Shown in pieces: positions 61,373-64,000 of a stretch of DNA of 64,000 bases (position 1 is the first letter of the stretch; each line of letters opens with the position of its first letter). The translations under genes were made by a program, and so were the position numbers. The notes beneath the pieces were generated by a model, which was given only the letters and a program-made list of their open reading frames with translations, had not been told where the DNA came from and searched no databases. The stretch comes from Negativicutes bacterium (GTDB lineage: Bacteria; Bacillota; Negativicutes; UBA1444), in NCBI GenBank assembly GCA_963665275.2, contig CAXXIN010000013.1:64001-128000 (forward strand), read 5' to 3'.

Positions 61373-63397
61373 TCACTTAAACAAGGTTTTCTTGGAAGAA
61401 TCTATTTGTCCGGGGTCCCGCTTGACTTTTCGAGGCGGGAACATTCTGCGGAATAGGATAAATATTATCATACCAAGCAACAGTCCCACCGCAATCAATA
61501 TCAAAACCTTGTATTGTTCCCAAATCGCAGCAATCGAGAAACCTTTTTCGTTCGATTTTTGCGCTTTGGCGTTCTTGTCGGAAACATCAAAAGAATAAAG
61601 CTTTGTGGGTTGTTGATACACCAGCACATTCCCGATCAGTCCCGCAGCATTTTTCGGCTGACTGATATGCCGAAAGGCTTCAATCAGTAGGGCGCCATCC
61701 ATATTCGCCGAAAATATAACCAGCGGTGCGCCCTTATTTTCTCCGACTCTGCCCACAACGGTATTCACATTGGCCTGCTGCTCAAACAAATTAATCGTTG
61801 TGCCTTTGCGATAAACATTGAAGTCCGCGCCGATGGAAGCAGGCATCTTCTCCTGAAGCGCCGCAGGAATGTTGCCGGCGAGCCCCGCAACGAGAACAAC
61901 GCCGTTTGCAGGAGCTTCGTTCTGTTGATGCAAGGGCAGATAATTGGGGAAAGCCGCGATTCCTGTTGGCAGCTGGCGATTCAGGAAATAAGCGATTTCG
62001 CCCGCAAGTTTCAGTGTGTCGAGTCCCAGTGTCTCATCAAGCAAAACAGTTGCCGGCCGCCCCAAAAACAACCCGATATTCGACCAATCAAACCGCTCAA
62101 AGCGATACTGCCCCGATCCCCACACGTAACTGCTCGGAAGAATTTGCGCGACTTGAAATTTCCCCTTTATTTTGCACTGGTTCGGATCTTCCGGATAATT
62201 GAACAGGATTTTCAACGTGTTGCTCGACCGTAATTCAACAGGTTCCTGCAACACGATATCCTTTTTAAATTGCCCGGTCCGATCCAGCACAGAACTGTGA
62301 ACCAAATTGTTGTTCAGAAACACATCCATCCGGACGGGGCGCCCAGTATCAACGGGCAAGGTATGCGAGCCTTCCAGATGAAAGCCCAAGCGTTCAGGTA
62401 TTTTATCCAGCAAAATCGGAAACAGTCGAAACTCAGAGGGAACACTGAAAAGTCCTTCCTGAAGATTGTTGTCGCCGAAAGCGATAGCTTCCGTAACTGA
62501 ACCGGAAGGCGTTTCAATGGGTGGTATCGCAATTCGTTTCTCCGCCTGCATATGCAAGGAACTCTTGGGAAGGTCCAGCAGTTGTTGAACAAAAGCTTTA
62601 AGACTTGGCACATCAGCGGCGGAAATCAATAATGTATTGGGATCCTTCAATGTAACGCCGGGAGCAGCGCCCTTAAAATACTTGGGCAATTTGGAGTCAA
62701 GTCCGATCCATATTCGGGGAACCGGCGGCAATTTGGCAAGTTCAGCAGCTCGTACGAGTCGAATTTTCAAATGGGGCTGCCCTTTTTTCAGTGCGCCATA
62801 CAGCCAGGCGCCTGGGACATACTCGGCCATCGTCGCATCATCCGGGACCACAACAAGCAGGTCCTGTTGAAAACTACCCAGAAAATCCGCCACCGTGCGA
62901 ACTGGCAACATGTCATAGGTCAGATTCAAAGAAGTAGTTCCGTGTACGATAAAAAACAGCCCGCCCGATTGAGAATCCCGGCACAGATCATCGGTGATGA
63001 ACATGCCGGACTTAATCTGAAGCTGTGCGAAATCCCGCGCAATCCCATCGACCGGCAGTTGCAAAGAAAAAGACTTTTGTTGACGAAGCTCTCTGGCTGT
63101 ACGCGTCGATACAAGCTTATTATTGTAATGGAAGAAAAAAACCGTTTCGTCACTTAATTGGGAACTGGGCGTAACCGCCACCGTTGCCGTGGCGGACTGG
63201 ATCTTTGCCAGGCGCGGTATTGGGAAGTCAAGAAAAATGGAAGAAGCGGGGGCTTTCACTTGCACGGCGCTTTCAATTCCAACAGCCTCGAGTCCGATTG
63301 AACGGCTCAGCGCATCAACGGGCATTGTTCCACAAAAAATGAAAATCAATCCGGTAAGCAAGGCTCCAATAATCTTAATAATTCCGGACCCTCCCAT
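61373..63397 (-). CDS. BcsB-like periplasmic protein, paralog 2 (start uncertain)
   Basis: Signal peptide, DLCRD...LFF.VH, QCKI, C-terminal TM; colinear with 31814-34705. Confidence 0.65.
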   Translation of the reverse strand: MGGSGIIKIIGALLTGLIFIFCGTMPVDALSRSIGLEAVGIESAVQVKAPASSIFLDFPIPRLAKIQSATATVAVTPSSQLSDETVFFFHYNNKLVSTRTARELRQQKSFSLQLPVDGIARDFAQLQIKSGMFITDDLCRDSQSGGLFFIVHGTTSLNLTYDMLPVRTVADFLGSFQQDLLVVVPDDATMAEYVPGAWLYGALKKGQPHLKIRLVRAAELAKLPPVPRIWIGLDSKLPKYFKGAAPGVTLKDPNTLLISAADVPSLKAFVQQLLDLPKSSLHMQAEKRIAIPPIETPSGSVTEAIAFGDNNLQEGLFSVPSEFRLFPILLDKIPERLGFHLEGSHTLPVDTGRPVRMDVFLNNNLVHSSVLDRTGQFKKDIVLQEPVELRSSNTLKILFNYPEDPNQCKIKGKFQVAQILPSSYVWGSGQYRFERFDWSNIGLFLGRPATVLLDETLGLDTLKLAGEIAYFLNRQLPTGIAAFPNYLPLHQQNEAPANGVVLVAGLAGNIPAALQEKMPASIGADFNVYRKGTTINLFEQQANVNTVVGRVGENKGAPLVIFSANMDGALLIEAFRHISQPKNAAGLIGNVLVYQQPTKLYSFDVSDKNAKAQKSNEKGFSIAAIWEQYKVLILIAVGLLLGMIIFILFRRMFPPRKVKRDPGQIDSSKKTLFK

Positions 63398-63425
63398 CGG
63401 CGATAGAGGCCAAGTGCTAAAATTC

Positions 63426-63462
63426 TGAAGAAAGCAGACGGCATCGTCATCTGCTTTCTTCA
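63426..63462 (-). terminator. Strong hairpin / probable intrinsic terminator downstream of glgP
   Basis: Perfect 13-bp inverted repeat TGAAGAAAGCAGA/TCTGCTTTCTTCA. Confidence 0.65.
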
Positions 63463-63502
63463 ATTCGCGCATAACTTAAGAAGCGACCAGCTTGTCCCTT
63501 TT

Positions 63503-63531
63503 ATTATAGGGGACCGAAAGTTCAAAACCAA
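63503..63531 (-). promoter_or_regulatory. Putative sigmaA promoter
   Basis: TTGGTT-N17-TATAAT. Confidence 0.45.
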
Positions 63532-63550
63532 TTATCCTAAAGTATAGTTC

Positions 63551-64000
63551 TCAAAAAATAACTGGTTTTACCTGCCAAATCCCGACTGCATACTCCCAGA
63601 TTGTATTATCGCTGGAAAACTCACCGGAATGGGCGATATTATGGATGCACATCTGACGCCACCGGGCTTTATCCTTGTATAGACGGTCGATCTGTTCCTG
63701 CGCAATGGCATAATCGCCGAAATCTTCCAGTAGGAAAAACTCGTCGTTGTGTTGCAGCAGCCCGTCATACAATCCCAGAAACTCTTCCCGTCCGGCAGGC
63801 AACTCACCACTCACCAGTTGGTCCACCACCACCTTCAGTCGCGGATTGGCTTCATAAACAGCGCGCGAATTATACCCTCCCCTCTTGTGGAAGTCCATGA
63901 CCTCGTCGGGAGTCAGGCCAAAAGCGACGAAATTCTCCGTCCCCACCTCGCTGCGAATCTCGATGTTGGCGCCGTCATGGGTTCCGATCGTAACGGCCCC
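63551..64000 (-). CDS. glgP: Glycogen/starch phosphorylase, C-terminal part
   Basis: GAVTIGTHDGANIEI, D.FFLL.DF..Y, SG.FSSD.TI.EYA..IW. Confidence 0.92.
   Translation of the reverse strand, partial: GAVTIGTHDGANIEIRSEVGTENFVAFGLTPDEVMDFHKRGGYNSRAVYEANPRLKVVVDQLVSGELPAGREEFLGLYDGLLQHNDEFFLLEDFGDYAIAQEQIDRLYKDKARWRQMCIHNIAHSGEFSSDNTIWEYAVGIWQVKPVIF

Overview
The window looks like a diderm Firmicute (Negativicutes-like, inferred from an OmpM-type porin and an OPX exporter alongside Firmicutes-type genes), and every credible gene lies on the minus strand. 0.2-12.2 kb: a LytS/LytTR two-component system, a 4-subunit 2-oxoacid:ferredoxin oxidoreductase, an LhgO-like oxidase, a DASS transporter and a GlcD/GlcF pair, plausibly a 2-hydroxyglutarate uptake and oxidation pathway with two matching LytTR-box promoters. 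12.2-21.1 kb: sbcDC, a DUF2225-like gene and a GH13-MalQ fusion. 21.1-63.5 kb: a more AT-rich, roughly 42-kb polysaccharide region between glgP and the MalQ fusion. It holds (a) a synthase-dependent cluster (BcsB-like protein, OmpM-like beta-barrel, UDP-HexNAc dehydrogenase, triple-NodB deacetylase, PilZ-fused hyaluronan-synthase-like GT2, PgaB-like deacetylase, GH18 lipoprotein), which is the best candidate for an undescribed system, and (b) a Wzx/Wzy locus with a second BcsB-like gene, an OPX, a BY pseudokinase, duplicated priming transferases, a PilZ protein and a glucuronyl C5-epimerase. About ten frameshifts, mostly in homopolymer runs, may be long-read errors. No rRNA, tRNA, CRISPR array, integrase or transposase was recognised. 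All family calls come from motif recognition by eye, not from database searches.
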